64,000 nucleotides of DNA from Octopus vulgaris (GCA_951406725.2 OX597820.1:63178001-63242000), one strand, 5' to 3'; positions 41,109-56,222 are shown, counted from the first letter of the stretch. Numbers and translations: made by a program. The notes: generated by a model not told the origin, from the letters alone.

Positions 41109-41264
41109 CTATATATATATATCTATATATATATATATATCTATCAGTTTATATTATATATGTATATGTATATGTATATATATACACACACATAATTGCA
41201 GTGTGTGTGTATATATGTATGTACATATCTATATAAGTGGATATTCATGTATTATATATATATT

Positions 41265-41376
<112 letters not shown>

Positions 41377-41704
41377 TATACATATATATAATAAAATGAT
41401 AAACACAAACCTCTTGTTACAGTACAATATATATTTGAAAGAATGAATAGAGAAGGCTTTAGTGAGGGGGTCATTTTTCTTTTTAATATTAATAATATTT
41501 ACACTGAGTTAATCAGAAATAAGATTCAATTTCAAGTAGCTGTTTTCAAACGGTTTCTTGAAAATGGAAACCTTTTTGAAAACTGCTACTTGAAGGTCGA
41601 AACTCAAATCAGACTGACTTACTGTTAACACTATTTTTAAGATTAAAATAAAATGTACCACCTCAAAAAAAGCCATCTCTAGTCATTCTTTCAAATATAC
41701 ATAT

Positions 41705-42115
41705 TTCTTTAATTCTTTTATATGATTCAACATCTGACTGCGGCCATGCTAGAACAGCACCTTTACCCACCTTTACTGGAACAATTCCAGTACTTATTCT
41801 TTGTAAACCTGGTACTTATTCTCTCGGTCTATTTTGCCGAACCGCTATGTAACGGGAATATAAACACACCAACATCGGTTGTGAAGCGATGGTGTGGGAA
41901 CAAACATGGACACAAATAACAAACACCCCCACCCCACATATATATATATATAAACCACGGTCTTCTTTTAGGTTCCGCCTAGCAAATCCACCGGCAAGTC
42001 CTTCGTCGACCCGAGGCTGTATTAGAAGGCGCTAACACAAAGTGCGATGCAGTGAAACTGAACCCGGAACCACGTGGACTGAATCCGGAACCAAACTCTT
42101 TACCACACGGTCACT

Positions 42116-42118
<3 letters not shown>
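41705..42118 (-). mobile_element. SINE family B, diverged
   Basis: Reverse-complement match to 42789-43200. Confidence 0.75.
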
Positions 42119-42156
<38 letters not shown>

Positions 42157-42628
42157 ACAATAAAGGAACGGCCATAATAGGCTATTCACCCACTAGAAAT
42201 AACAGCCAAAGCTTCAACCGCAAATAAAAGTTAATTCAGTAAACCAGGAGAAAATTTAAAAACATTTACCCTGTAATTTCTTATACGATATACCGTTTCA
42301 TCTGCTGATTAATGGTAAACTAACCTGATTAAATTAAATCAAGCCAATCTTCCACAGGCCCTCAGATTCTTCAGTAAGAAATAGCCCAAGACGGAACAGA
42401 TATTTTCACGAGGCATTTCCGACGTTGCCAAGTTTATATCTGACCTAAAATTTTCAAATCGTCGCACTCGCGCCAAATTTATCGGCAGCAAATAAATATA
42501 AGCCGTCGATTCCATTACGGAATTAACCAGAAAATTCATAATTAATCAATATAGGGTGGCCAAAAAAATTTTGTAGAATTCTTTTGCCACCAGCGGCCTA
42601 GTAGGAAAAAATTAAAATAGTCATAGAC

Positions 42629-42668
<40 letters not shown>

Positions 42669-42677
42669 CATACCTTA

Positions 42678-42777
<100 letters not shown>

Positions 42778-42788
42778 GTATATATATA

Positions 42789-42951
42789 GGCGCAGGAGTG
42801 GCTGTGTGGTAAGTAGCTTGCTAACCAACCTCATGGTTCCGGGTTCAGTCCCACTGCGTGGCAGCTTGGGCAAGTGTCTTCTGCTATAGCCCCGGGCCAA
42901 CCAATGCCTTGTGAGTGGATTTGGTAGACGGAAACTGAAAGAAGCCTGTCG

Positions 42952-42982
<31 letters not shown>

Positions 42983-43200
42983 TTGTGTGTCTGTGTTTGT
43001 CCCCCTAGCATTGCTTGACAACCGATGCTGGTGTGTTTACGTCCCCGTCACTTAGCAGTTCGGCAAAAAGAGACCGATAGAATAAGTACTGGGCTTACAA
43101 AGAATAAATCCCGGGGTCGATTTGTTTGACTAAAGGCGGTGCTCCAGCATGGCCGCAGTCAAATGACTGAAACAAGTAAAAGAGTAAAAGAGAGTAAAGT
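42789..43200 (+). mobile_element. SINE family B, full length: tRNA-related head, internal (TA)n(TG)n and a (GTAAAAGA)-type tail
   Basis: GGCGCAGGAGTGGCTGTGTGGTAAG (A-box-like), GGGTTCAGTCCC (B-box-like), ending aaatgactgaaacaagtaaaagagtaaaagag. Further - strand copies at 48272-48425, 53440-53630 and 57908-58215. Confidence 0.85.
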
Positions 43201-43206
43201 GAGTAT

Positions 43207-43279
<73 letters not shown>

Positions 43280-44204
43280 AATATTTATATAGACACATAA
43301 ATATATACATACATGAATACATACCTATTAACCTACCTAATTACCCACCTACCTATCTGAATAGATACATACATTCATAATACATACAAACTACAGTAAT
43401 ATGTTATTTCCTGCTGAAGATTTGTCTAGAAGCGAGACAACTGAAGAAAGTCTCAAATAAAGTTACGCAAAACAGCTGATTTCAAATCAAGTTGACTTTG
43501 ACTCACAGGAGATTGCAAGTTTAAGCCTTCTGCACGCGAATTGTAAAGGAATGCTATGAAAAAAAGAACATAAACATTTGAACAGTAAGCAAATAATTAT
43601 TTAGAGAAAAAACATATCATATTAACGAGAACGACTGGAGTGCAGAGGCCACAACGTGGCACTAATAAGAGACGTAAGATGCCATGAGAAGTATTGAAAG
43701 CATACCCGACAGAAAATTTGCAGCCTGAGAGAAAATTTTAAGTGTACATGCTCTTAATCTGACGACTGTGTGTTCATGGGTATAGTTCCACTAATCGTGA
43801 GGATAGAATGTCGATTGTAAGGATAAGAATCGACAATTTTAAGTGCAGGTGTTAAGAAAATACATTTTACAGCAACATCAGAATACTGAAATAATTGATG
43901 TTTTCAACTCCATAACAATTTCGATAATCAGTTAATCAAAAATCATCTTACGTTTTGCTTGAGTGGCCCAGGTAAAAATATATTCTAAGTGTGAATAAAT
44001 TTTCAAGAAAATCGGTTGAAAAGTTATGGCATAAAATAAGATTCACATGAGAATAGTGTCCTAGTGATTTTTGAAACATCGATGCCGATTAAAAATTATC
44101 GATTTTTTTGAAATTCTAAATCCGTGAATGACCGCATGAGCACAAGCCCCACACATGTGTCATGGTTCATCAAAATCGGCTGTTAAAGGACTTAAAGTTG
44201 AGGG

Positions 44205-44328
44205 ATATTTGTTCTCATCTTGTTTGTTGTTAACGCCACGTATCGGGTGATATACCCTCCACCCTTCTTGAGGTGTCTCGGGGAAATTTCAAGCCTGGGT
44301 TCTCCTTCCTAAGGTATTTTCCCGATGT

Positions 44329-44363
<35 letters not shown>

Positions 44364-44475
44364 TTATTATTATTATTATTATTTAAGTCACTGCCTCGAA
44401 TCGAACTCGGAATATTCGTCAAATGTAAATAATGTAAATAAAGTACATAATTCCTCATCTCTTAAATAAAACTGT
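44205..44475. mobile_element. Internally inverted copy of the 2123-2218 repeat carrying a degenerate hammerhead (44233-44276, - strand)
   Basis: Minus strand: ACAC-CTCAAGA-A-GGGTG-(10 nt)-CACCC-GATA-CG-TG-GCGT. 44417-44470 continues the family sequence in + orientation. Confidence 0.55.
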
Positions 44476-45433
44476 ATTATTCTATACGTGCATACACATA
44501 TAAATATACATGTGTCATTCTTAAGTATATGTTACACATGCTCTCATATATATATATATATATATATGCATATAATTTTTTTCATATATATCTGTATATA
44601 TCTGTATACGCACGTATATGTGAATGTATTCAACATAATTATGTATGTTTGTGAGTATTTATGTATTTATGATTCTATACGTATACGTATATATAGCGCA
44701 TATACAAATAAATACATACAAATATGTGCGTATATATATATATATATATATAAATATATATGTGCATATATGAATGTAGGTATGCATTTATATATTTATA
44801 TATGTCTGTATGTGTGCATAGGTGCACACAGATTCTTGTGTACGATCTGCAGGAGTGTATTTGTAGGAAATGTCCTTGCAGAGACAATTAATGTCTTGAA
44901 CTTTAGGCAATATGGGGCAAATACCCCTATATAGAAAGCAGCATATTCCAGGGTGAAAAAGATCATCTAATACTATCTTTCAAACTCCGCGCAGAGTTAA
45001 TTTGTTTCTAACACTCTAGAAGCTCATTTCATAAACAAAACCTTTTCATAATATATTGTTTTGTCACGTTTCCTTGCATCCCTAAGACCACATCGTGTTG
45101 TTATACAAGCGTAGATACATACATACATACATAAACACAAAGACACACACACAAACTGAAACACACACACATAATCACTAGCGACAAATGTAGTATAGTA
45201 AGAAACAGGCAATGTATGTTGCGCTAGAACCCCATATATCGCTTTATTTACATTGCCAGAATCTCTCACATGGACTCAGGGCTCATAGTAGCACTCATAT
45301 TTATACGGTTGAGAGAAGATAGTCGGCTACATCACCGGAACCGCTAGGTGTCATGATTTCGCCTTGCACATACTTCAGCGACGGACATCTTGTAGCGTTA
45401 TAGCAGCCGAGGAAACGTGACAAAACAATATCA

Positions 45434-45668
45434 AGGCAGCGAGCTGGCAGAAACGTCAGCACGCCGGGCGAAATGCGTAGCCGTATTTCGTCTGCCGTTA
45501 CGTTCTGAAGTTCAAATTCCGCCGAGGTCGACTTTGCCTTTCATCCTTTCGGGGTCGATAAATTAAGTACCAGTTAATCACTGGGGTCGAGGTTATCGAC
45601 TTAATCCGTTTGTCTCTCCTTGTTTGTTCTCTCTGTGTTTAGCCCCCTTGTGGGTAGTAAAGAAATAG
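45434..45668 (+). mobile_element. SINE family A, well-preserved single-body copy
   Basis: aggcagcgagctggcagaaacgtcagc...gcctttcatcctttcggggtcgataaattaagtaccag...gtagtaaagaaatag. Confidence 0.85.
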
Positions 45669-46681
45669 TTATAGCAGCCAAAACTCAGTCATGGATGTCG
45701 CAAATAGTAGCAGTCTTATTGAAAATATTATGGATTATTTCAGAAGCATTCCTCATGTTCATCTTAAGGTGGAGGATGTTTAAGAACATAGAACTCTGAA
45801 TTATTTACTTTGAGAGGAACTCTCATATGCACCTGCAGTGCATATATATATATATGTTTGTGTGTGTGTGTGTGCGTGTGTGTTCGGTGGTCCCGTTGCT
45901 GCACGATGGTAGGTGTTCGTTCCTCTGTTTGCAATATATATCGGGTGTAGTTTAAATCGTATAACCAGCTGGAGAGGCGTTCTTCTGGGGTTTCTAGAGG
46001 CCGGCCATGTTAAAGTGGCGATAATAAACCTTATTTTACTGTATAGTTACTGCTTTCATTTCTCATAGAGATTTTCTAAGTAGCTAATTTGCTTGTTATA
46101 TATGACCGTTTATTAAATTATTTTCCTTAGTCATTGCACGGTGATTGCCATAAGCTTTAAGATTATATAGAAATACCATTATTATTTACAGGATTGTAAA
46201 AACGGGGCCGTATACAATAAAGATTTGCACCGAAAGCATATAGAAATTTGTTTATATATAAAAAAAAACAAAGATGACCTATTATAGTTCTGAAATTTGA
46301 CAGGAAAAGGGAGTCTGAGAGGATTTCACCTAAAGACTTACGTTCATGGATCTATGCAATATTGCACCTTTGGTTTCTATAACTTCGGAAAGTTGCACCA
46401 TGAACTTTTATGCTCCTTTTACTTCTCTCTTTCCATGTTCTTATTCTTTTACTCCTTTCCTCCATGCTGTCATCTTATTGATATATGCCATTCTCATTTT
46501 CCATATCTTCTCCCCTATTTGTCTCTGATAACGGAATATCCCATACTCGGTGATATCAAAGCAACAACTGTAAGATTTGGAATTTCTTCCCCTTCCTATA
46601 ATTATATCGTATATCGTATATGACTTGAGATATTTGCAATGCTTTAATGTTTGACGTCCTGTTTAACTATTATATATATAT

Positions 46682-46721
<40 letters not shown>

Positions 46722-47432
46722 TGGTAGATAAATAGATGCAGATATATGGAGAGTGAGAGAGAGTCAACAGATAAAATACCGTGATGTTCAATATAGAAAA
46801 CACTATATTCCCTCTCATATATTTCTACATGCATCAGTACTCCGTGTCAACCCGCCTTCATTCTTCGAATTCCCCTTCAACACCCTACTAATATCTATAA
46901 CTGCATCATTTCCCACTATTTAAGACCCGCCACCCTCCGTTGTCTCACTATTTCAATTTCCCTTAGTTCTATGGCTTCACCATGCCTAACTATCAACATC
47001 TCTACTTAAACCAAACTATAACGAACACCCTTCAAAATATTGCCCATTACATCACTCTCACATATCTCTCAACTCTCCATTTCAACTTCTTTCAATACAC
47101 CGATCTCACATTCCCTCCAACACCCAGATATGCCTCTCTTATCACTTTATGCCCTCCTCTTATTCAACAATCCCAACATATCCATCAAGCGACTTGCTTG
47201 CTCTCTCCACTACTGCTTACCTACCTGTTCGCCCATTCTACCTTTAAATTTCCTTGCATTAGGACTTGAAATGTAAAGTTCTTTTTTTAGATCCTGAATA
47301 TGGGCACCTAAAACTAACTAATGACTATTTGCTTCCATTGCCAGACCTGTAATACCATATATTAGCCCCCTAAATTTTATGATTGTTTGTATTTCGTGTA
47401 AGTTGCTGTGGTAATATAGAAATATCTACATG

Positions 47433-47975
47433 CAGTAGAATCTCATAGTACTAGTGCATCATTGTACGAGTAGTTCTCTCGTGCAAAATTTTGTCTTGAA
47501 GTACGAGCAGAAATCTGCAGTACGAGCGAGTTTCATACAAGCGACTGCTAGTCGGTGCTGAGCTCGCTCACACTATCCCAACAGGCAGCTTCCCTGTTGT
47601 TTTTTTTCAGTGTTTTGTTTAGCTTTGTGCATTTTTTGCTAATGTTTTATAACTACTTGCGTTAGTCATGGGTCCTAAGCAGGTTAATATAAACGAGAGT
47701 GCTGAGAAGAAGAGAATATTGTGATAGAATTGAAAAAGTAAATAATTGATAAACATTTGAGAGGTGTGCTCGTAGTGGACATAATACTTCAATACGACCG
47801 AAGTACGTCATCGATCTGCACCATCATGAATAAAAAAAGATGAGATCAAGGCCGTTACAACAGCAAATGTTATCTCTAGGTTCTCTATGCAATGCACACC
47901 TGTCCACGAAAGGATGGTAAAATTGCTTTTCCTGTGGATCAACTAGAAGCAACTCGCAAGCGGATACGACCATCA
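47433..47975 (+). mobile_element. Tigger/pogo-like DNA transposon 5' remnant (CENP-B-type HTH)
   Basis: From ATG 47668: MGPKQVN..EKKRI / IELKK*IIDKHLRGVLVVDIILQYDRSTSSICTIMNKK / EIKAV..HERMVKLLFLWIN*KQLA. Starts with CAGT. Confidence 0.7.
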
Positions 47976-48182
47976 TCAACTTCAATTACTGCTCCCCATT
48001 TGCTTGGCAGACGGTCAGACCGTCATTTAAAGTTGTTTTTGTTTTAAATAAAATTTGTTGAAAAAAAAGCTGCAATAATTATACACCCACCCAATAATTC
48101 ACACACACACAGATACTCGCACACATACACACACACACATACACACACACATACACAAACACACACACACACGCACACACAT

Positions 48183-48272
<90 letters not shown>

Positions 48273-49031
48273 CGGGCTTTCACAGGTTTCTGTCTGCCAA
48301 ACTTATTCACAATGCCTTGATGGTCCCAGAGCTATAGTAGAAGACACTTGCCCATGGTGCTCCACATTATGACTGAACCCGAAATCATTGTGGATGTGAG
48401 CTGGTTAACCACGCAGCCGTGCCTTTGCTATGTTCAGTAAGCTAAACAAACCACTACATAGCCGCTATATCTGCAAGAAATAGCCGGTGTATTCACTTCA
48501 ACTCAAACATCACAATGTAACATAAAATAAAAATAAAGCAAGACATATCGTCAAAATTGAATAAATTGTGAGATACAGCATGTCTGACCAAAACGACAGG
48601 ACAGTTCATGATGGAACGCTTTTGAACATACGTCTGCTCAAACAAACCTGACCTACGGCAAAACAATATGAACGTCACTTTAGAAGTGAATGAATACGTA
48701 CCAATCCAGAACTAAGGTCGATTAAATCGAATGCGTTGTACCGATTGGCTGCCAATATTTGTAGCTTTGAAAAACTATTATTTAGAGCCATTGGAAATAG
48801 TTACTGTAAAATAACTTGAGACAAAAAGAAGCTCACTATCCATCTAACCATCCATCTATTTACAAATCTCTCTCTAACTATCAATCTATCTATCTATATA
48901 TCTATCTATATTTATGTATATCTATATATAAATGCACGCACGCACCCCCGACCCACGCACACAGGCACACATGCAAGGAAATTTAAAAAGCCGTGTCTTT
49001 GTGAAGAGAGAACTAAGCATTTAGATTTGCT

Positions 49032-49070
<39 letters not shown>

Positions 49071-49100
49071 ATATATATATATATATAGATACATTTATGT

Positions 49101-49153
<53 letters not shown>

Positions 49154-50038
49154 CGTGTATATTTTTATCAATATCTGAATTTGTGTACGGGTTTATGCGC
49201 GTGTAACTGCGTATGTGTATGTGAGCATTAAAATCATGTGGCAACAATAAAACTAGAAACGGTAAATTCATGTTGGCTAGTCGACGAGAAAAGAATATTA
49301 AGGAGAAAAATCCTGCAGCGTCAAAATTCGATGTTGCCAACACGAATAAAACGCGTAAAGTAAAACTGCATCAAGAATCAACTGAACAGCGGATCAAAAG
49401 AACATGATATACTATCGAGGGCTAGCGGGGTTCTTGATCGCTGCATTAGATCAAAGGAAGGCCCTACTGTCTGTTAAAAGTTTTAGAGTTATTTAATTCT
49501 TTATTTTGTTTCAGGTAAGACCATGCTGCATCACAGACAAATTGTGAAGTTGATATATAATATATAAAATATATAGGAGTTCTACTCTAAACGCTTGTTC
49601 CTCTTTACACTCTGTTTTATTATTTTGGCGATGTTACGACTGTCGAATCACTCACAAATTATGCTTCATGATATTACTAAATGCAGGAACGCATTAGATT
49701 ATTGCTTTTCAATTTTTACGATCAGGAGATCAAATGATATTTACCGGCTTACGTCGCATTGATTTTTTTTCATTACTTTTTAATTACTGACATATTCTGC
49801 ATGGAAAATTAAAAAGAAATGTAAATTAAAACATTTAGAGATCATAGAAAAAAAAATTACTTAGCTAGTTTTATTTTTTATATCAGTTTATAAAATATTA
49901 TAACACGAGTATGCGATTAAAAAAGCTTTAGATTAAAATCGCCATCTGTTTTTGAAACTAAATGTATATACGCCGTCACAAGGCATGAATCTGTGAAATT
50001 ATGAGGTAGAATCTCTTCATCAGCTTGTATTAAAAGCA

Positions 50039-50114
<76 letters not shown>

Positions 50115-50354
50115 CGAGTGAGAGAGAGAGAGAGTAATACTTTTCTTATGACACACATAGAACGCATATTTATATTTATGGGAGTGTGACGAACATCATC
50201 ACCTCTTTAACTTACAAGAACGAGAGGCGTGTTTCACTTTTTCAAGGGTTATTAGTTCCATGCACTCGACTGTTATCAGTTTAAATAAGATTCGTGGTTG
50301 CGATATATATGCATACATGCTTCTAATTTTTCTGATTTACTTTCATCTCTGCAG

Positions 50355-50461
50355 GTACGCGGACATTAATTTAGACTATGCATCCATCGCCATAGATCTT
50401 TATAAAATACAAAACGGATTAAGAAACGAAATGATAGTAGGGCATTTTTACGCCATTGGAT
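50355..50461 (+). CDS. Candidate internal exon of an unidentified host gene
   Basis: Strong acceptor (ctaat..tttactttcatctctgcag) and donor GTAAGT. Only one frame is open: YADINLDYASIAIDLYKIQNGLRNEMIVGHFYAIG. Confidence 0.45.
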
Positions 50462-50860
50462 GTAAGTAACAAAAGCTTGTAGAACACCTTTGCCATTCTC
50501 TCGATTATGATAGTAGGTTCCAGTGACACGAATTGCAAGATTAAACTGCAAGTTTTAAGTCAGAGTATCTTTCTCCTCGAAAAGCTACCTTGCACACGGC
50601 TTTGTCAAATAGGCATCTCCTCTGGCCTTGGTAAATCAAATTAACCAATTGGGGCGACCATACAAGATCCTATCATTCCACTTCAGAAAGTAATGGTAAT
50701 TATGCGATGATACCAAGGTCCTGACGACTCCAGAAAACTCTAACGCTTGTATCCTCACTTAATGCAGTTTAACGTCATTCCTTGATACCCACCAACATAC
50801 GCACATGCATACACACGCACATATACATACACATGTGTGTATATATATTTGTGTGTGTTC

Positions 50861-51605
50861 GTTAGTTAGTTAGTTAGTTAGTTAATTTTGGCTCAAAAGC
50901 AAATAGCAAGGCCATGTAGGGGGACATGGAGTTAAGTACAGGGTGGTGTTCATGTAAAGAGTTCAGGCCACTTGAGGTCAAGGGAGACTTTGAACAAAGT
51001 GGCCGTCGGCATCTTCACCATCTCGTCTGGCAGCTTGTTCCACGGATCCGCAACCCGGACGGAGAAAGCTCCTCTCCTTCGATTGAGATGAAATTGTCGC
51101 AGGTAGAGCATTTCGGAATGACCCCGCAGCCGACGCTCTGGAGCAAGAGTGAAGAACAGCTCTTTCGAGAGGTTACACTTTCCGCTTATGATGTTGTGAG
51201 CGAGAATGAGATCACCACGGCGGCGGCGTTTTTCTAGAGAATAAAGGTCGAGCGTCCTCAGCCTTTCTTCATAAGACAAATTTTTGAGACCATGAACCAT
51301 GCGGGTAGACAGCTTCTGGACTCTTTCGAGATGCTGTATGTCTTTGAGGAGATAAGGAGAAGAGGCTTGAATCCCGTAATCCAATATGGGTCTCACCAGC
51401 GTGACATAGAGTGGTAGGAATATGGCTGCTGTGAGCATTCCGAATAACCGTCGAATCAAGAACAGAATTCCGCGTGCTTTGTTGGCAGCATGGACGCACT
51501 GGGCCGAAGGCGAAAAGGAGGAATCCACCAAGATACCCAGGTCCTTTACCTGATCGGTCCTCTCCAGCAGCAGACGACCCGGCTCGAAATCAAGTTGAGT
51601 TGCAA
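50861..51605 (-). mobile_element. 5'-truncated CR1-clade LINE 3' end with a (TAAC)n tail
   Basis: KDLGILVDSSFSPSAQCVHAANKA...LYVTLVRPILDY...LERVQK...YEERLRTLDLYSLEKRRRRGDLI...FSVRVADPWNKLP. Short 3' UTR and (GTTA)n on the + strand at 50861-50884. Confidence 0.92.
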
Positions 51606-51731
51606 GGCACACACATACACCACACACACATATACATATATATAGAGAGAAAGAAGAGAGTAGATAGTCAGGCAGACAGATAGATAAATAAATAGATAGG
51701 TAGGTAAATAGATAGATAGATAGATAAATAA

Positions 51732-51811
<80 letters not shown>

Positions 51812-52568
51812 GACAGTGACTACTTCAATAATACAGTACTATAAATATATTATTCATTAATGTATTATTAGCAGCATTAGTGTTTATTATCAGACGCTTG
51901 CTCGTTCTAGAAAGAAACGTGTTGTACACGACAGAAGCAGAATTGAATTACATTCGCCAAATACCGCAGTGACTGTGCTGTTTCAGTTGCGGGAACAGTC
52001 AGGAAAGTTTCCGCAAAACCAGTGAACAAGTCTATCAGGTGATTTTATCTTAAACAATTACACAGCTTCATGCCATTTAACAGTGTGTATACCTTTACTA
52101 TGATACACATACGCGATTGTAGGGATTGTGGTGCCTTAAATTACAGTTACAAAATTTCATATCTCATTTCGCTACCTGCTCCGAGTAATAAATATTAATA
52201 TCCAAATGTGACCAGGTATGATGTTAGATCATGATTGTATTTGGTTTAATTCAAGCACAACAATAATAGCAAAACGCAGCAATACAAATATCAATGTTGG
52301 TATCGCACCTTCATCTAAAATAAAGCAAAAGTGTAGACCTGAGGTTATTTTTTTAGAAATAAGAAATAAATGATTATATAAATATTTGGGACAGACATCC
52401 ATAATTGCGTGTTTACTACTTATTATTATTAAATTTATTCTATTTTGTGATTTGAGTCAACATAGATTACAGTTTAATAACTATTCCGCAATCGCTTTTT
52501 TCCCTGATTTTGCGCTGCATACATGTCCTTAGTCACAGTCTGTGGAAGTTTTTTTCTTTTTCTTCCAG

Positions 52569-52636
52569 GCATCACAAAGATGATGTCCCGGATAAGAATC
52601 AATTACGAACTATATCAACAGTCGGCGAGAATGTGA
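52569..52636 (+). CDS. Candidate terminal coding exon, phase-compatible with 50355-50461
   Basis: tttttttctttttcttccag acceptor. The join T|GC gives CITKMMSRIRINYELYQQSARM*. An AATAAA occurs at 52811. Confidence 0.35.
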
Positions 52637-53278
52637 AAGCAATGATCACTGCAATATTTCCTGATTTATTTCTGTTTTTTCACCGATGGCGATATGTTTG
52701 CCCATGAACTAGCTGCTTTGGTTAAAGCTGTTAAAAAACCTTTTTAATACAAACGAACGAAACAGCAGAAGTCGATCAAAATAGTGGACACTTGTGGTTA
52801 TCAATGACAGAATAAAAGACAGCAAATAGCACTTAGATCATTAATTTTATATGATTTAAGACCTATAGTGTATACTGAGTGATAAACATTTCAATTTCCA
52901 CAAATGATTATTCAATGTCTTACGTAATAGACAATCTGTTGAAATAATCTGAAATAATCCGAGAAGAAAAAATCTGCTAATTAAAATATACTATGTGAAG
53001 ATTAAACATGAAACGATAGTCGAAATTATATTTACGCTGGTAATGATAAAGTATGATACAATACAAATATACAAGCAATAACTTAGGAATTAATGTATAA
53101 TACACACATTAGTGGTTATATGTTTCTAAGTTTGTATTCATTGACTCGTTCATTTGTGTGGGTATGTACGTGTCCCTGTGTGCGTATGTCCTCAGAGCGT
53201 TCATGCGTACGTCAGTTTATCTAAATATAAATACACCACGTATAATTATATTCATACAGGTGTGTGTATATGTATATG

Positions 53279-53380
<102 letters not shown>

Positions 53381-54120
53381 CACACGCACACACCTGTATG
53401 AACAAAAGAATAACGTATACGTATATATAAAGGCGATTTTTTTTAGTCATTTTACTGCGGCCATGCTGGAAAAACCGCCTTTAGTCGAACACATCGACCC
53501 CAGGCCATATTCTTTATAAGCCTAGTACTTATTCTACCGTGCACTTTTGTCGAACCGCTATGTTACAGGGACGTAAACACAACATCGGTTGCCAAGTGAT
53601 GATGGGCTACCAACACAGACACACACACACACATGGTCTCTCTCTCTCTCACTTTCTCCTCATCCCTCACCCTCTTGTACTGTCTTATATCCCTCCCCAC
53701 CACTACACACACAATAACACTATAGAATGGTCAATACCTTTTACACAGGAACTTAGTTCGATTTGAAAACCCCACTAGAATGGGAGAAAGTACTAATACA
53801 TGATCTAACTTATATGATGTACAAAACATGTAATATACAAATACATATTTGCAAATATAAAACCATCCGAATTTCTGAGTACCTCATTTCTTCAAATATA
53901 TAAACACATATATATATATATACATATATGGGGCGACCAGATTGGAGCAATCTCGAGTCTAACCAGCCAAAACTGCAAAGGTGATCTGGAACTCGACTAA
54001 GGATAGGAAGCTCCGAGTGACCCGTCCTTGTTTTTTCCTGTCCCTTTTTGTATCGTCTAAATGCTCGGATGTTTTGTTGTCGCCTGTTACCTTCTTGTTC
54101 CATTTTTTGTTTCCATTTTT

Positions 54121-54184
<64 letters not shown>

Positions 54185-56222
54185 GATATATATATACGTG
54201 CGTGTGCTTGTTTGTGTGTCTGTGTGTGTGCATGAGTACATGTAAATATATGTCAAAGTTTTTAAACATATATAGATAGAGATAGAGAAGAGAGATAAAA
54301 CGTCAAGCAATTTTCATATAATCTACTGAAGACTACATATATGAACAGAAATGCAATATTATATGCCTTATTGCATAACGGTGGCCCAGAAGAGATTGAC
54401 AATGATGTTACGGCAGTGTCTTCAAACCACCAAGCATTAAGCGGTAAATTAAATTTCCACCAATTCAAGGTACCATTACAAGGAACACCCTAACACTTTT
54501 ATCTTTGGGATTATATAAAGAATTACATAACTCCATTTCAGAAGCACGTCTCAACATCAAACTTAGAAGGACCAATACGTCAACAGAGTCGGTATCTTTT
54601 TGGTTTTGACTGTATCGATCGACTTTCTCCCATAGCTCTTGAACTGCATGATTGCAAAATTGCCTGTGATTACAAGAGAATGTCGCAGTACAGATCCAGA
54701 CTTTTCTCAGTGCAAGAACTACTAAGTGTATGGCCATTTATTAGGAACAAATTCTCCTGGTGAAATGTTCAGGGTGGCACAGTATTTAATGAGATATGTG
54801 GCTTCAGTAATCAGAGGTTGTGAGCTGTTGACAATAAGACATTTTTTGCCGTAGGTCATATTTAACACTGTGAAAAGTCTCGGAGAAATTTATTAATGGA
54901 CATTCCTTTGTCTCTTGTCCGTACTATTTTTCTTACTGCTGAGCAATAAATGATACAAATCCAATGTATTTCTGCAATTCATTTAGATGGTTCATCAGCT
55001 AAACAATGTTTGAAAAGCGACAATGAGTCTTTCTCATTAAATTACTTGTTTATTAAATTATTAAATTTTCGAGTACCTCAAATATTAATGTAATAATCAT
55101 GCTGAAGCTGCGTGTCACAAAGTGAATGAAACAATTCACCCGTAGCAGTACCGTAAATTTTCCTCAGTTTTCCCTATATAAACAACTGTAAGTCAACTCG
55201 AGTTTGCAAAATACTCTAAGCTATAATGCTTTGCGGTGAGACACATTTCGAACTTGGGAATTATGAATCATACTTCTGAACTAGTCGGCTATGCTGCCTT
55301 CATAAATGATCAGATAAACACATGAACGTTTGTCAATTTTTTCGTTTAGGCTCTAAAATTAGTTTGTGCTGATATGCACAAAATTTATATTCTAATATAT
55401 ATAAAGTATATGATTTTGAGGTTCATATATTCGTTTGTAATATTGTGCACCCTATATTTTGTGAGGATTATAATTGTGCTTATGTGAAGTGCACAACTAT
55501 AATTTTTATGCAGAGACCCCAAGATTTGTAGGCTTATATTACAGTAGATAATAGCATCAAAATTAATAATTGTTTAAGCGTTACTAATTAATTAATCTTA
55601 CAGCCAAAACTGCCGCATTCATGGAAGCCAGTGTGCATGATTTACTAAAACCACTCATATACTGGACATAAATACTAAGTTACCATCACCAGTAATACGA
55701 TATTAATCTATTGCTTCAGAGATCATAGAGACGACAGAACATATTCCAGTTGATTACTATTTTCCCATGAGAACGAAATTGCATACAAAACATAGAAAGA
55801 CAGCTATCTACGACAGTAGTGTTCGTAAGGATTTTTATTTAATTTACATCCACATTGGCAGTTGAAAAAGTTACAGTTTCTTGCTAAATACACACATAAC
55901 TCCCAGACATGCGCACACTTATACGAGTACAACTTTATTCCAAAGAGTCAGAATAATATAAACAGGCAGGAGAAATACATGCAACGCGTTTTAATATAAA
56001 ATGCATCGTTTTGTTTTCTCTGATGTAATATCAGTCACGGGCTATTTGTACATTTCCTATGGCTTTCATTGACTGTCAACATGATTCAATGATATACATT
56101 CGTATATTTACCATTTTCATTTGTCAATCTATAAACACATATACATAGATACATACATAGGTATAAACATATATATGTGTGTATGTATGTATGATATCTA
56201 TATGAGTGCATGTATATGCATG

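Noticed and set aside
45960-46020. CTGGAGA-GGC...GCC-GGC-CATG-TT hammerhead-like trace
   Set aside because: GAAA is absent and the core is altered, so it is too degenerate to support.
49978-50025. Minus-strand ACAAG-CTGATGA...CTTGT
   Set aside because: Stem I and the first core half are present but the GAAA half is missing, so it is not called as a ribozyme.
54330-54900. Non-repetitive region with 68-90-aa minus-strand ORFs
   Set aside because: No recognisable domain or convincing splice structure.
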